Shown one piece after another: positions 1 through 10,149 of a stretch of DNA of 64,000 bases. A program made the translations under genes and the position numbers. The stretch is from an uncultured Acidimicrobiaceae bacterium (GTDB lineage Bacteria; Actinomycetota; Acidimicrobiia; Spongiisociales; UBA5794): contig CAYQEC010000005.1 in assembly GCA_964416425.1 (NCBI GenBank), positions 9,328-73,327 of the forward strand. Reading direction: 5' to 3'. Numbering within the stretch: the first letter of the stretch is position 1; the number at the start of each line of letters is the position of its first letter. The notes beneath the pieces are model-generated. The model saw only the letters and a list, made by a program, of their open reading frames with translations, was not told where the DNA came from and ran no database searches.

Positions 1-945
1 CCCGATCTCTTCGAGCGTGCGCGGAACGCCGTCGTAGAAGCCATAGCGCAGCGCCAGGATCCGCCCCTCCCGATCCGGGAGGCGCTCGATCGACTTGCGT
101 AGGCTGTCGGCGATGTCGAGCTCCTCGGTCACCTTGACCGGGTCGATCGCATCCTCGTCCTCGATGAAGTCACCGAGCTGGGCGCCGTCCTCGCCGACGG
201 GCTGTTCGAGCGAGACGGTGTCGGCGACACCGAGCGCCAGCTCGACCTTGTCGACGTTGACGCCGGCTTCCTCGGCGATCTCTTCCGGCCGGGGCTCACG
301 GCCCAGCTCGGCCTTGAGGCTCGCCTGGGCGGCCCGCACCGCAGCAAGGGTGTCGTGGAGGTGCACCGGGATGCGTACCGTGCGCGACTTGTCGGCGATG
401 GCACGAGTGATCGCCTGCCGGATCCACCACGTCGCATAGGTGGAGAACTTGAAGCCCTTGCGCCAGTCGAACTTCTCGACGGCGCGGATCAGGCCCAGGT
501 TGCCTTCCTGGATGAGGTCCAGGAAGTCGATGCCCGAGGTGTTGGCGTAGCGGCGGGCGTTGGCCACCACCAGCCGCAGGTTGGCGGTGAGGAAGGCATC
601 CTTCGCCTCCCGGCCCCGGCGCACCTTGCGGCGCAGCGCCACCTCGTCGGTCCGGCCGGCGAAGTCGCCGGCGTCGAGCTTGTCCTGTGCGTCCTGCCCC
701 GCTTCGATCTTCTGGGCGTACTCGACCTCGCGTTCGGCGGTGAGCAACTCGTACTCACCGATGGCGGTGAGGTACTGGCTGACGAGATCGGTGGTGAGGC
801 GACCGCGCTCGTCGGTGAGCTTGTTGCGGTCGCGGTCACGGCGCGAGCGCGACAACGTATCACGCTCCACGCGCTCCTTGGCCTCGAGGCGCTCTCTCAT
901 TGCCCGATCGAGCACCGAATCTCGCGCATTACCGCCTGTGGTCAT
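1..945 (-). CDS. RNA polymerase sigma-70 family sigma factor (SigA/SigB-like), 3' end cut by window edge
   Basis: Reverse-strand translation from the ATG at 945 gives [14 protein letters not shown]...; a GGAGG sits 7 nt upstream. The protein contains sigma-70 region 2 ([54 protein letters not shown]), region 3 and the start of region 4 (RTLEEIG), then runs off the window. It is absent from the ORF track because there is no stop codon in the window. Confidence 0.9.
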   Translation of the reverse strand, partial: MTTGGNARDSVLDRAMRERLEAKERVERDTLSRSRRDRDRNKLTDERGRLTTDLVSQYLTAIGEYELLTAEREVEYAQKIEAGQDAQDKLDAGDFAGRTDEVALRRKVRRGREAKDAFLTANLRLVVANARRYANTSGIDFLDLIQEGNLGLIRAVEKFDWRKGFKFSTYATWWIRQAITRAIADKSRTVRIPVHLHDTLAAVRAAQASLKAELGREPRPEEIAEEAGVNVDKVELALGVADTVSLEQPVGEDGAQLGDFIEDEDAIDPVKVTEELDIADSLRKSIERLPDREGRILALRYGFYDGVPRTLEEIG

Positions 946-1269
946 TCCGTGAATCCTCCAAGAGGTGCCGCCAGGCCTCGTCCGTCATACACCCCGACCC
1001 TATCGCGCCATCTCCACGATGCTTGTGAATGTCGTCACAAGTGGGGGCTCGCCTCACTATCACACAATGCAAGGGGTTTGTGAACCCCCCAAAGGCCTGT
1101 GACGACCGTTTTCCGTACCAGGACTGACAACGTTCCCGTTCTTGGATTCATTCCTTCGCATATGGCCTGGTGGCAATGCTGCCGGGCCATACCGCGCCCC
1201 TCCTCGCCTTCCTTCGTCCGGCGGCCCCGGACCGTCCTCGTGATTGCCGCCGCGGCGTAGGGTGCCCCC

Positions 1270-3315
1270 ATGCCCAACCGCCTCGCCCACGCCACCAGTC
1301 CCTACCTGCTCCAGCACGCCGCCAACCCGGTGGACTGGCACGAGTGGGGTGAGGAGGCATTCACCGAAGCGGCCCGCCGGCAGTGCCCGGTGCTGCTCTC
1401 GGTCGGCTACGCCGCCTGTCATTGGTGCCACGTGATGGCCCACGAGTCGTTCGAGGATCCTGCCACCGCCGCCCTCATGAACGAGCGGTTCGTCAATGTC
1501 AAGGTCGATCGGGAGGAACGACCCGACGTCGATCGCATCTACATGGACGCGGTCCAGGCCATGACCGGCCACGGCGGCTGGCCGATGACGGTGTTCCTCC
1601 TGCCGAGCGGCGAGCCCTTCCTCGCCGGCACCTACTTCCCGGCGGAGCCGCGCCGCGGCCTGCCGTCGTTCCGGCAGGTGCTCGAAGGCGTCGCGGCGGC
1701 GTGGGACACACAACGCCCCGAACTCGCCGGCCAGGGGCGGCGCATCGCCAAGGCCATCGCGGCGGGCCTCCCATCCGGGGAGGCGCCCCCGATCGAGGAG
1801 GCGATCGCCACCGCCGTCGAACGGCTCGGCCAGACCCATGACCCGGTCCACGGCGGCTTCGGGGGCGCCCCCAAGTTCCCGCAGGCGCCAGTGCTCGAGC
1901 TGCTGCTGCGGGTCGCGGCGCTCGACCGCCCCACCGGACTGGCCGGCGCCGCCGCCGCCCTGCTGGAGGCCACCCTCGACGGCATGGCCGCCGGCGGCAT
2001 CTACGACCACCTCGGTGGGGGGTTCGCCCGCTACTCGGTCGACGCGGCCTGGCAGATCCCCCACTTCGAGAAGATGCTCACCGACAACGCCCTGCTAGCC
2101 CGGATCTACCTCCGGGCTTCCCAGGTCACCGGCGATCCGGCCCGCCGCGCCACCTACCGGCGGGTGGCGATCGAAACCCTCGACTACCTGATGCGGGACA
2201 TGACCGATCCGCATGGCGGCCTGTCCTCGTCACAGGACGCCGACTCCGAAGGCGTCGAAGGCAAGTACTACATCTGGACGTGGGACGAGCTGGGCGAGGT
2301 GCTCGGCGACGATCAAGCGATCGTGGCCGCCCTCTACGGAGCAACACCTGCCGGAAACTTCGAAGGAGCGAACATCCTGCACCGGGCGGCGGCGCCGGAG
2401 AAGGTGGCGGCCGACCTCGGGATCACACCCGCCGCCGTGCTCGCCGTGGCGGACCGGGCTGGCGCCGCGCTGCGATCGGTCCGTTCGCGGCGGGTCCGCC
2501 CCGCCACCGACGACAAGGTCGTGGCCGCCTGGAACGGCCTGGCGTTGCGGGCCTTCGCCGAAGCCGGCGCGATCCTGCCGAGCGACCGGTACCTGGCGCA
2601 GGCGATCGGGATCGCCGAGTTCGCCACCACCATCCTGCGGCGGGCCGACGGCCGCCTGCTGCGGAGCTGGCGGCACGGCGCCGCCGGGGGGCCCGGGTTC
2701 TGCGACGACTACGGCGCCCTCGCCGTCGGTCTCTTCACGCTGTACCAGGCCACCGGCGACAAGCGATGGTTCCACGAAGGGGAGCGCCTCACCCGGGACC
2801 TGATCGACCTGTTCGCCGACGGCGACCACGGGTTCCACGCCACCGGATCGGACGCCGCTCCCCTCATCGCCCGGCCCAAGAACCTCATGGACGGCGCCAC
2901 CCCGTCGGACAACTCCCTCGCCGCCGAGGCCGTCCAGATCCTCACTGCCTATACCGGGGACGCCGCCCTCACGGGACTTCTCGACGGGATCGCCGCCGCC
3001 GCGGCGCTGCTGCTGGAACGCCACCCCACCGCGGTCGGGGGGCTGCTCGGGGTACTGGCGGTGGCGACGGAGGTCAAGGAGGTGGCGATCGTGGGCGCTG
3101 CCGCCGAACGGGAGCCCCTCACCGCGGTGCTGTGGGAGAGCTTCCGCCCCGACTGCGTGCTCGCCACCCATTCCCCGGGTGAGCCGACCCGGATCCCGCT
3201 GCTGGCGGGGAGGAACCTGCACGACGGCGCCGCAGCCGCCCATGTCTGCCGTCACTTCGCATGCCGCCTGCCGGTGACCACCCCGGAGGCGCTCCGGGCC
3301 GAGCTGGACGGTTGA
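1270..3315 (+). CDS. Thioredoxin-domain protein YyaL (DUF255 / N-acylglucosamine 2-epimerase-like)
   Basis: The 681 aa product has the DUF255 thioredoxin-like N-terminus ([13 protein letters not shown]...[19 protein letters not shown]...[14 protein letters not shown]) followed by a six-hairpin glycosidase-like domain. Confidence 0.9.
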   Translation: MPNRLAHATSPYLLQHAANPVDWHEWGEEAFTEAARRQCPVLLSVGYAACHWCHVMAHESFEDPATAALMNERFVNVKVDREERPDVDRIYMDAVQAMTGHGGWPMTVFLLPSGEPFLAGTYFPAEPRRGLPSFRQVLEGVAAAWDTQRPELAGQGRRIAKAIAAGLPSGEAPPIEEAIATAVERLGQTHDPVHGGFGGAPKFPQAPVLELLLRVAALDRPTGLAGAAAALLEATLDGMAAGGIYDHLGGGFARYSVDAAWQIPHFEKMLTDNALLARIYLRASQVTGDPARRATYRRVAIETLDYLMRDMTDPHGGLSSSQDADSEGVEGKYYIWTWDELGEVLGDDQAIVAALYGATPAGNFEGANILHRAAAPEKVAADLGITPAAVLAVADRAGAALRSVRSRRVRPATDDKVVAAWNGLALRAFAEAGAILPSDRYLAQAIGIAEFATTILRRADGRLLRSWRHGAAGGPGFCDDYGALAVGLFTLYQATGDKRWFHEGERLTRDLIDLFADGDHGFHATGSDAAPLIARPKNLMDGATPSDNSLAAEAVQILTAYTGDAALTGLLDGIAAAAALLLERHPTAVGGLLGVLAVATEVKEVAIVGAAAEREPLTAVLWESFRPDCVLATHSPGEPTRIPLLAGRNLHDGAAAAHVCRHFACRLPVTTPEALRAELDG

Positions 3316-3379
3316 GCACACGCGGCTCAGGCGAAGATACCTCGCCGGCGGCGGCGCGAGGAAAACCCTGCCATGATTC

Positions 3380-4594
3380 GTGGCATACTTCAGGGCTTCC
3401 GTAAGCTATCGAACCGTGAGCGACGAAACCCCCCAAGGCATCTGCATCTTCTGCGGGACGGCCCGGCCCGTCAACGTCGCCATCTGCCCGACGTGCAAAC
3501 GCACCTGGATCGACCGGAGGCTGACCGAAACGCCGCTGGCCGCCACCCCGCCGCCGGCCCCTGAGGCCGCACCCGACGCCACCATCCCCGTCCCGCCGGA
3601 GGGCGAAGCGCTGCCGGAACCGGAACCGATCGACACGATCTCCCTCGACGAGCTGAATGCCCGGCTCGCCCGGAGCGGGGAGGCTACGCCGCCTCCTCCC
3701 CCGCCGGAGCCGGCCATCCCTGCCGCACCGAGCCCGCCGCCGCCCGCCGTGGCGCCCCCGGCGCCGCCCGGCGAGCCGTCCTTCGCCGCCGGTCCTTCCG
3801 GGCCCGGCGAGCCCCCTGAGCCACCGCCCCCGGTGGCCCGCGACCGCCGCGGGTGGTGGGTGGCTCTCGCGGTCGCCGCTGCGGTGCTCTCCCTCTACCT
3901 CATCGTCTTCGTCTTGCTGCTGAACGACGGCAACGGCGAACCGGTCGCCATCACCTCGACGACCACCACCTCGTCGACCACCACGCCGGCCACCACCACG
4001 ACCACCTCGGCGACAACGACCACCACCTCCAGCACGACCACCACCACGACGATCCCGCCCATCGACCCGGTCGGCGATCCCATCCCGCTCACCGACCTCG
4101 AGCTGGGTGCCTTCGCCCTCGGGCCGCTCGACCTCGCCACCGACTCGACCGACGCCCTCGGACGGCTCGCCGCCACCTTGGGGCAGCCGGAGGCGACGGC
4201 GGAGGCCGGCGAGGCCGACGGGCTCTGCCCCGGCACCACCGGGAGCACGTATCGCTGGAGCGGGCTCACCACGATCTTCCTCGACGTCGACGGCGGCCAG
4301 GCCCTGGTGGGATACCGGCTGGCGCCCGCCCCCGACGGTGCGGCGGCCGACACCGACCAGCTTGCGACGCTCTCGGGGCTGCGCCTCGGCCAGACGGTGG
4401 GCGACATCCGGTCGATCTACGCCAACTCGCGGGTCACCATCATCGACCACGCCGGCACGCCCCACTTCGTGCTGCAGCGCTCCAGCGACGACCGCACCCT
4501 GCTGTGGGGCCCCGTCACGTCGTCGGACGACGCCGGAATCGTCGAAGGCATCTCGTCGCCGCTCTGGTGCGACGACGGCCCCAGTCCTTCTTGA
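3380..4594 (+). CDS. Membrane-anchored protein with an N-terminal zinc ribbon and a cysteine-containing extracytoplasmic domain; paralogue A
   Basis: It starts at a GTG, with an alternative in-frame GTG at 3416. The N-terminus carries C-x2-C-x11-C-x2-C (ICIFCGTARPVNVAICPTCKRTW). This is followed by a Pro-rich linker, one TM helix (WWVALAVAAAVLSLYLIVFVLLL), a poly-Thr linker, and a C-terminal domain ending LLWGPVTSSDDAGIVEGISSPLWCDDG. That C-terminal domain is shared with the 6672..7634 gene. Confidence 0.75.
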   Translation: MAYFRASVSYRTVSDETPQGICIFCGTARPVNVAICPTCKRTWIDRRLTETPLAATPPPAPEAAPDATIPVPPEGEALPEPEPIDTISLDELNARLARSGEATPPPPPPEPAIPAAPSPPPPAVAPPAPPGEPSFAAGPSGPGEPPEPPPPVARDRRGWWVALAVAAAVLSLYLIVFVLLLNDGNGEPVAITSTTTTSSTTTPATTTTTSATTTTTSSTTTTTTIPPIDPVGDPIPLTDLELGAFALGPLDLATDSTDALGRLAATLGQPEATAEAGEADGLCPGTTGSTYRWSGLTTIFLDVDGGQALVGYRLAPAPDGAAADTDQLATLSGLRLGQTVGDIRSIYANSRVTIIDHAGTPHFVLQRSSDDRTLLWGPVTSSDDAGIVEGISSPLWCDDGPSPS

Positions 4595-4682
4595 CGACCC
4601 CACCCCAAGCGCTTCCAGCCGCACGGTTCCCGAAGCGAGATAACATTGTGCGTCGTCCGGGCTGTTCGAGGATCCTGTCTCC

Positions 4683-6611
4683 ATGAACGCGAATCACAAA
4701 ACGGCCGCTCCGCCCTCCCTGCTGGGGCGGGTGCTCACGATTGCCAACATCGGCTCGGTGATCGTCGGCATCGTGGTGTTCCTGGTGCTGGTGCGCGCCT
4801 GGAACAGCCACGTCGGCGGCCTGCTCGCCGCCCTCGTCGCCGGGTTCGCCACCGCCGTCGCCTGGGTCTTGTGGAACCGCCTCTCCGCCGGTCCCCCGCT
4901 CGCCAAGATCATCCCCGGCACCCTGCTCGGCACCATCCCCTCCACCCCCGGCCTCCCCACCCCGACTCTCACCCAGCCGGCCTCCCCCACCGCCGAGGCC
5001 TATCGCGCCGCCTCGCGCCGCCTCGAATCGGCCACCACCGGCCAGGTGGTGCTGGTCTCCAGCGCGGGGCCGGGACAGGGTGCCAGCACCGTGGCGCTCA
5101 ACCTCGCCATCGGCGCCACCCAGGAGGGCCGCCGGGTTCTTCTCGTCGACGGCGACCTCTCCACCCAGGGCCTGTCCCGGTTCGGGCACACCGGCGCCGC
5201 CCCCGGGCTCACCGACCTCGCCGAGGGAACCGCCACCCTCGTCGAGGCGTCCCGGCTGTGGCTGATCGACTCCGCCAACCGGCTTCCCTTCGTGCCTGCC
5301 GGGAGCCGTCCCGACAATCCCACCGCCCTCCAGGGAACCCGCCTCGCCGACGCGGTGGACCAGATCACCGAACACGCCGACCTCATGCTCATCAACGCTG
5401 CCCCACCCGGCTGGGACGGCGACCAGCAAACCCTCGCCACCCACGCCGACGGGACGATCCTGGTCGTCACCGAGCGGGGTGACCGCACCGCCATCGCCGA
5501 GGCGTGCCGCCGCTTCGAAGAGATGGGGGCCCCGGTCGTCGGCTACGTCGTCAACCACAGCTCCCATCACCGCGCCGCCCCCGAGCACTGGCTGCGCCGC
5601 GCCCTGAAGCGGGCCTTCGCCACCGCCTCGATCATCATCGTCGCCTACACGGCGTGGACCGGCTACCAGCTGTGGCACTCCTGGAACAGTGTCGAGCGGG
5701 ACCAGTTCGACGTCGAGACCGCCCTCGGGGTACTGCCCCCGATTCCGCCGGACCTGTTCGAGACCGCCGACCTCTCCCCGGAGACCGCCTCGGCCATCAC
5801 CGCGGTGCCCTCCGACCGGGAGTTCACCACTTTCATGATCGTCGGCAGCGACCTCGGCGGGGAACGGGCCGACGTCATCATCCTCGCCCTCTTCCCCACC
5901 AACGGCGACCCACCACTCATGGTGTCGCTGCCACGGGACCTCTACGTCGTCAACCGCTGCACCCAGGGGTTCGACCGCCTCAACGCCAACCTCGGGGGCT
6001 GCGGGGACACCGTCAACGGGCCGACCCTGCTCGCCCTCGCGGTCGAGGATTTCACCGGCATCCCCGTCGACCACTTCGCCCTCTTCGATTTCGACGGTTT
6101 CCAGCGCATCATCGACCAGGTGAGTGGGGTCGAGATCTGCGTCGACCACGACGTGCGCGACCGCAAGTCCGGCCTGGACCTGCCGGCCGGCTGCACCAAC
6201 GCCAGCGGGGAACAGGCCCTCGCCTGGGTCCGGTCCCGCCACACCCTCGAGCTGGTGAACGGCCGGTGGCGGGTCATGCCCGGGGTCAACGACCTCGCCC
6301 GCAACGAACGCCAGCAAGACGTGATCCTCGCCATGTTCGACAAGATACGGGCCTTCAAGTCGTCGAACGACCTCACCCGCACCGTGCGCAGCGTGACCGA
6401 CGCCTTCACCCTCGACAACCAGCTCGGCGTGACCGAGGCGATCCGCCTCGCTTGGGACCTCAGGAACATCGATCCGGCGACGATCGTGCGGCTCCAGGTC
6501 CCGGTGGCGGACTACCTCACCGCCCAGGGCGCGGCCGTGCTCATCCCCACCGCCTCGTTCGACAGCGTCATCGCCGAGTACTACGGGATCGCCGCCGAGG
6601 AGGCGTCCTGA
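4683..6611 (+). CDS. Fusion protein: TM - degenerate CpsD/BY-kinase-like P-loop domain - TM - LytR-CpsA-Psr (LCP) domain
   Basis: The N-terminal cytoplasmic domain aligns to the CapB/CpsD fold, but its Walker A reads GPGQGAST (Lys replaced by Ala) and its Walker B-like stretch reads LMLINAAPP (Asp replaced by Asn). The Walker A' VLLVDGDL is intact. The C-terminal half has LCP motifs: FMIVGSDLGGERADVIILALF and SLPRDLYV. Confidence 0.8.
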   Translation: MNANHKTAAPPSLLGRVLTIANIGSVIVGIVVFLVLVRAWNSHVGGLLAALVAGFATAVAWVLWNRLSAGPPLAKIIPGTLLGTIPSTPGLPTPTLTQPASPTAEAYRAASRRLESATTGQVVLVSSAGPGQGASTVALNLAIGATQEGRRVLLVDGDLSTQGLSRFGHTGAAPGLTDLAEGTATLVEASRLWLIDSANRLPFVPAGSRPDNPTALQGTRLADAVDQITEHADLMLINAAPPGWDGDQQTLATHADGTILVVTERGDRTAIAEACRRFEEMGAPVVGYVVNHSSHHRAAPEHWLRRALKRAFATASIIIVAYTAWTGYQLWHSWNSVERDQFDVETALGVLPPIPPDLFETADLSPETASAITAVPSDREFTTFMIVGSDLGGERADVIILALFPTNGDPPLMVSLPRDLYVVNRCTQGFDRLNANLGGCGDTVNGPTLLALAVEDFTGIPVDHFALFDFDGFQRIIDQVSGVEICVDHDVRDRKSGLDLPAGCTNASGEQALAWVRSRHTLELVNGRWRVMPGVNDLARNERQQDVILAMFDKIRAFKSSNDLTRTVRSVTDAFTLDNQLGVTEAIRLAWDLRNIDPATIVRLQVPVADYLTAQGAAVLIPTASFDSVIAEYYGIAAEEAS

Positions 6612-6671
6612 CCCGACCTGACATGCGATTCGGCATAAGATGGCGATTGCGGCGGAGCGTCTGCGGGGGTC

Positions 6672-7634
6672 GTGGACACCGCGAATGACGAAGAGGGAAC
6701 CGTGACGGACTACTACGACCCGAATCGACCACCTCCCGACGAGCCGTTCGACCCCTACGAGGGCCTGCTCGATCTCTCCGGGGGCGAGCCCATCCCGCCC
6801 CTCGAGGATCCGCGCCTCCCGCCCGCCGGCCCTCCCCGCTCCCCGCTCCTCACCGGCCTCATCCTGGGACTGCTGCTGGTGGTGTTGAGCATCGCCCTCT
6901 TCCAGTTCGCCCGCGGCGACGACACCGCGGCCGGGCCCACCGAGACCACGGCCCCCGGCGACACCGTCGCCGGGGACGGGGGAACCACCGTGGCGGGTAG
7001 CGAAACCACCGCGCCCGACGACGGCTCCACGACATCCTCGACGACGCTCCCGAGTTCCGGACAGCCCTACGTGGCTGCAGGCGATCCGATCCCGATCGAG
7101 GACCTGACGCTCCAGGTCGACGGCATCGGCGAGGTCAAGCTAGGTCAGCCCGCCGCCGAGGCCATCGGGCGCCTCATCGCCAGCCTCGGGGAGCCCGACT
7201 CGGACAGCGGCAACATCGTCTCCTCAGGGACCTACGGGGCGTGCACCGGAGACGCGGTGCGGATCGTCACCTGGGGACCGCTCGCCGCCGTCGTCCTCGT
7301 CGACGACGACGGCACCGAGACCTTCGCCGGCTACCGGGTCGACTGGGACATCCCCACCACGGCGGGAGGAACCCTCGCCGATTCTCCCGCCAGTGACCTC
7401 GCCACCCTCAGCGGGCTCCAGGTGGGGAATTCGGTACGGGAGCTGAAGACCATCTACAACGGCTTCAACATCGACTTCGTCGATGACCCGCAGCTCCATA
7501 CGACCTTCGAGTTGCGGGGCGCCAACACCGACAACCTGCTGCTGTGGGGCCCGGTGACCGCCGACACCGACGCCGGCATCGTCACCGGTATCTACTCTCC
7601 CAACGCCTGCGAGCACTTCTCACTGAACGGGTGA
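6672..7634 (+). CDS. Membrane-anchored protein with the same extracytoplasmic domain as 3380..4594; paralogue B
   Basis: It has an acidic, Pro-rich N-terminus, one TM helix (LLTGLILGLLLVVLSIALF), a Thr-rich linker, and a C-terminal domain with ATLSGLQVG...LLWGPVTADTDAGIVTGIYSPNACEHF. This matches paralogue A, including two conserved Cys residues. Confidence 0.75.
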   Translation: MDTANDEEGTVTDYYDPNRPPPDEPFDPYEGLLDLSGGEPIPPLEDPRLPPAGPPRSPLLTGLILGLLLVVLSIALFQFARGDDTAAGPTETTAPGDTVAGDGGTTVAGSETTAPDDGSTTSSTTLPSSGQPYVAAGDPIPIEDLTLQVDGIGEVKLGQPAAEAIGRLIASLGEPDSDSGNIVSSGTYGACTGDAVRIVTWGPLAAVVLVDDDGTETFAGYRVDWDIPTTAGGTLADSPASDLATLSGLQVGNSVRELKTIYNGFNIDFVDDPQLHTTFELRGANTDNLLLWGPVTADTDAGIVTGIYSPNACEHFSLNG

Positions 7635-7685
7635 AGGTGGTCCGCTAGCATCGCCCCCACCCTCGACCAGGAGAACTCTCCGCCC

Positions 7686-8414
7686 ATGTGGCAGCGCACC
7701 CTGTCGGCCGCCTGGGGAGCCGCCGTCGGCTCCCTGCTCGCCCTTGGCGTCTTGGTGTTGTTCACCGGCCGCCAAGCCATCGGTTCGGTCGGAGCGGTGG
7801 TGCTGGACTACGACGCGGTCCGTGCCCGGCCCCAGTTCGCGGTGTCCAGCGGCGGGCTCTTCCTCTTGGTGGCGGGAATCGCCCTGCTCGGCGGGCTCGC
7901 CGTCGCCGCCCTCACCTACGCCCGCAGCCGAGAGCTGGATCCCACCAGCGAGCGGTTCCCGTTGCGTGCCGTGCTCCCGGTCGGTGCAGTGACCAGCCTC
8001 GTCGCCGGCTATGCCGTGTTGCGGGCCGGTCTCGGGGCGACTGCCGACATCGGCGGCGGCGTAGTCACCATCTCCGCCTTCCGCATGATCGTCGTCACCC
8101 TGCTCGCCGGTTTCGTCGCAGGCGCCGTCACCGCCGGCATCGTCGAACCCCTTGCCCGGAAGCGGGTCCTCGGCTTCGGGGGCGAGGCATGGCCGGCGGA
8201 TCGTGGCACGTTCCTGCGTGCCATGGCACGTGCGGTGGGGGCGCCGATGCTGGCCGCCATCACGATCGTGGCGCTGGCGATCGGTCTGTCCGAACTGCTG
8301 CTCGCCCTCGGCAAGGATGCCGCGGTGGCCGTCTTCGCCGTCGTGGCCGCGGTGGTGCTGGGCGGCGTTGCCCTGGTCGCCTACCGCCCCTGGGACCGAT
8401 CTAACGGCACCTGA
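7686..8414 (+). CDS. Hypothetical polytopic membrane protein (~6 TM)
   Basis: The product is hydrophobic throughout. The alternative frame 7688..8404 is Arg-rich and is rejected. Confidence 0.6.
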   Translation: MWQRTLSAAWGAAVGSLLALGVLVLFTGRQAIGSVGAVVLDYDAVRARPQFAVSSGGLFLLVAGIALLGGLAVAALTYARSRELDPTSERFPLRAVLPVGAVTSLVAGYAVLRAGLGATADIGGGVVTISAFRMIVVTLLAGFVAGAVTAGIVEPLARKRVLGFGGEAWPADRGTFLRAMARAVGAPMLAAITIVALAIGLSELLLALGKDAAVAVFAVVAAVVLGGVALVAYRPWDRSNGT

Positions 8415-8446
8415 CCGCTCGGATCGCGCCGGGGACGGTCGGTCAG
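8411..8446. terminator. Convergent stem-loop shared by the membrane-protein gene and ctaG
   Basis: CTGACCG...CGGTCAG inverted repeat lies between a + gene ending at 8414 and a - gene ending at 8443. Confidence 0.4.
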
Positions 8447-9258
8447 GAGGAGTGCACCACCGGGCGCGGCTCGGTGAACCGCTGTTCCTCATCCCACCAG
8501 CGGAAGAAGTAGACGGCGATGAAGCCCCACAGCAGCAATCCGCCGCCGATCTTCATGAGCAGGCCGCCGGCGACCTGGTCGGACAGCGCCGAGATCCCCC
8601 ACAGGCGGGGCATCGTCTCGTAGATGTGGTAGAGGGGACTCTCCCCCAGGGTGAGGAACGAGGCGGGGATGGTCGGCACCAGCGACTGGAGGAACAGGTA
8701 GCCCATGCGGGGGAACGGCTCCAGCCGGGGCAGGTCGGGGATGGGGCCGATCACCGGCCACCACATGAGGATGCCGGTGACGAACAGCGCCCCGTGGATG
8801 GCGAAGTGGGCGGCCTCGGAGGTGAGCATCAGATCGACCAGCGCCGGAGCGTGGATCAACGCCAGCACCCCGTTGAAGAGCACCAACGCAACCAGCGGCT
8901 TGGTGAGGATGCGGAGCGCCGGCAGGATCGGCTTGACCGCGAGCCGCAGCAGCCACCACGGGGTCCCGTAGAGCAGCAACGGCGGGGCAATCAGCCCGAA
9001 CGCCATGTGCTCGATCATGTGGAAAAGGAACAGGCTGTTCTCGCCGATGTCGTGGATCGGCCACGTCGACACCAGGAACAGCGACCCGACCCCGGAGTAG
9101 AAGGCGATCCGCTGCCGCCGGGTCACCACCGGCTCGCCGCGGGGGGCGTGGTCCGGGGCGAGCCGCCGGATCCCGTACTCGAACGCCAGGATCATGGCCG
9201 TCGCGACGCCGAGCACGTCGAGGTGGAGGTGGAAGCGGAGGACCTCCGACGCCGGCAT
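8443..9258 (-). CDS. ctaG: Caa3-type cytochrome c oxidase assembly factor CtaG
   Basis: The product is a polytopic membrane protein with the HMIEHMAFG motif, and it is the last gene of the cta operon. Confidence 0.8.
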   Translation of the reverse strand: MPASEVLRFHLHLDVLGVATAMILAFEYGIRRLAPDHAPRGEPVVTRRQRIAFYSGVGSLFLVSTWPIHDIGENSLFLFHMIEHMAFGLIAPPLLLYGTPWWLLRLAVKPILPALRILTKPLVALVLFNGVLALIHAPALVDLMLTSEAAHFAIHGALFVTGILMWWPVIGPIPDLPRLEPFPRMGYLFLQSLVPTIPASFLTLGESPLYHIYETMPRLWGISALSDQVAGGLLMKIGGGLLLWGFIAVYFFRWWDEEQRFTEPRPVVHSS

Positions 9259-9259
9259 G

Positions 9260-9541
9260 TCAGAGCGCCTCGAACGTCAGGAGCACGACCACGAAGAGCA
9301 GCAGCGCTCCGAGCAGACCGACGAAGAACACGTTCCGGTACAGCTTCCTGTCGAAACGGAGGTGCATGAAGAAGCCGATGACGGCGCCGAACTTGATCGC
9401 TCCCAGCCCGAGCAGCGCCGGCACCTTCACCCCGTCGAACGCGGAGACCTGGGGGATGGTGACCTCGATGGCGGTGAGGACCGCCAGGATGAGGGCGATC
9501 ATCCAGTAGACCCGGGGGGTGGGATGGGCTCGCTCGGTCAT
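9260..9541 (-). CDS. ctaF: Cytochrome c oxidase subunit IV (CtaF)
   Basis: The 93 aa two-TM product begins MTERAHPTPRVYWMIALILAVLT at the ATG at 9541. The track ORF 9260..9856 is an out-of-frame N-terminal extension. Confidence 0.8.
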   Translation of the reverse strand: MTERAHPTPRVYWMIALILAVLTAIEVTIPQVSAFDGVKVPALLGLGAIKFGAVIGFFMHLRFDRKLYRNVFFVGLLGALLLFVVVLLTFEAL

Positions 9542-9543
9542 GG

Positions 9544-10149
9544 TCACACCTGCAGCAGGTAGACGACGGTGAAGATGACGATCCAGACGATGTCGACGAA
9601 GTGCCAGTAGAGGCCCACCAGCTCGATGTTGAGGCCGCGCCGGGCGTAGATCCGGCCGTCGAGTGACAGGATGACCATGCCGAGCAGCATCAGCACCCCG
9701 ATGGCGACGTGGGCCCCGTGGAACCCGGTGAGCATGTAGAAAGCCGAGCCGAACGGGCTGGTCGACAGCTTGAGCCCGCCGTGGACGAACTCGGTGAACT
9801 CGAAGATCTGCCCGGAGAGGAACGTGATGCCGAGCAGCCCCGTGCCGGTGAGCCACACCCGGGCCTGGCGCAGGTCGCGGCGCTCATAGGCGTGGTGGGC
9901 GAGCACCATCGTCAGCGAGCTCATCAGCAGCACGAAGGAGCTGGCGGAGGTGAAGGCGAGGTTGAAGATCTCGGCGCCGGGCCCGTCACCGGTGGTGCTC
10001 CGGTAGAGCAGGAACGTCGAGATCATCGCCCCGAAGAACATGCATTCGGAGGCGAGGAAGACCCACACCGCCACCTTGCGGATCGGGATCACGTCGTGGT
10101 GTTCGGCCTCGTGGCCCGCCGTCCCGGCCGTCATCTCGCTCAGGGTCAT
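9544..10149 (-). CDS. ctaE: Cytochrome c oxidase subunit III (CtaE)
   Basis: The 201 aa product runs MTLSEMTAGTAGHEAEHHDVIP...FHGAHVAIG...YWHFVDIVWIVIF. The ATG at 10149 overlaps the ctaD stop (ATGA). Confidence 0.9.
   Translation of the reverse strand: MTLSEMTAGTAGHEAEHHDVIPIRKVAVWVFLASECMFFGAMISTFLLYRSTTGDGPGAEIFNLAFTSASSFVLLMSSLTMVLAHHAYERRDLRQARVWLTGTGLLGITFLSGQIFEFTEFVHGGLKLSTSPFGSAFYMLTGFHGAHVAIGVLMLLGMVILSLDGRIYARRGLNIELVGLYWHFVDIVWIVIFTVVYLLQV

Noticed and set aside
355-1083. 242 aa + strand ORF and other Arg/Gly-rich antisense ORFs, e.g. 2230..3321-, 3119..4684-, 4515..6317-, 10320..12116+, 27668..29890+, 57021..59009+
   Set aside because: These are low-complexity R/G/P/A-rich translations lying antisense to, or out of frame with, well-supported genes. 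They are the typical spurious ORFs of 70% GC DNA.
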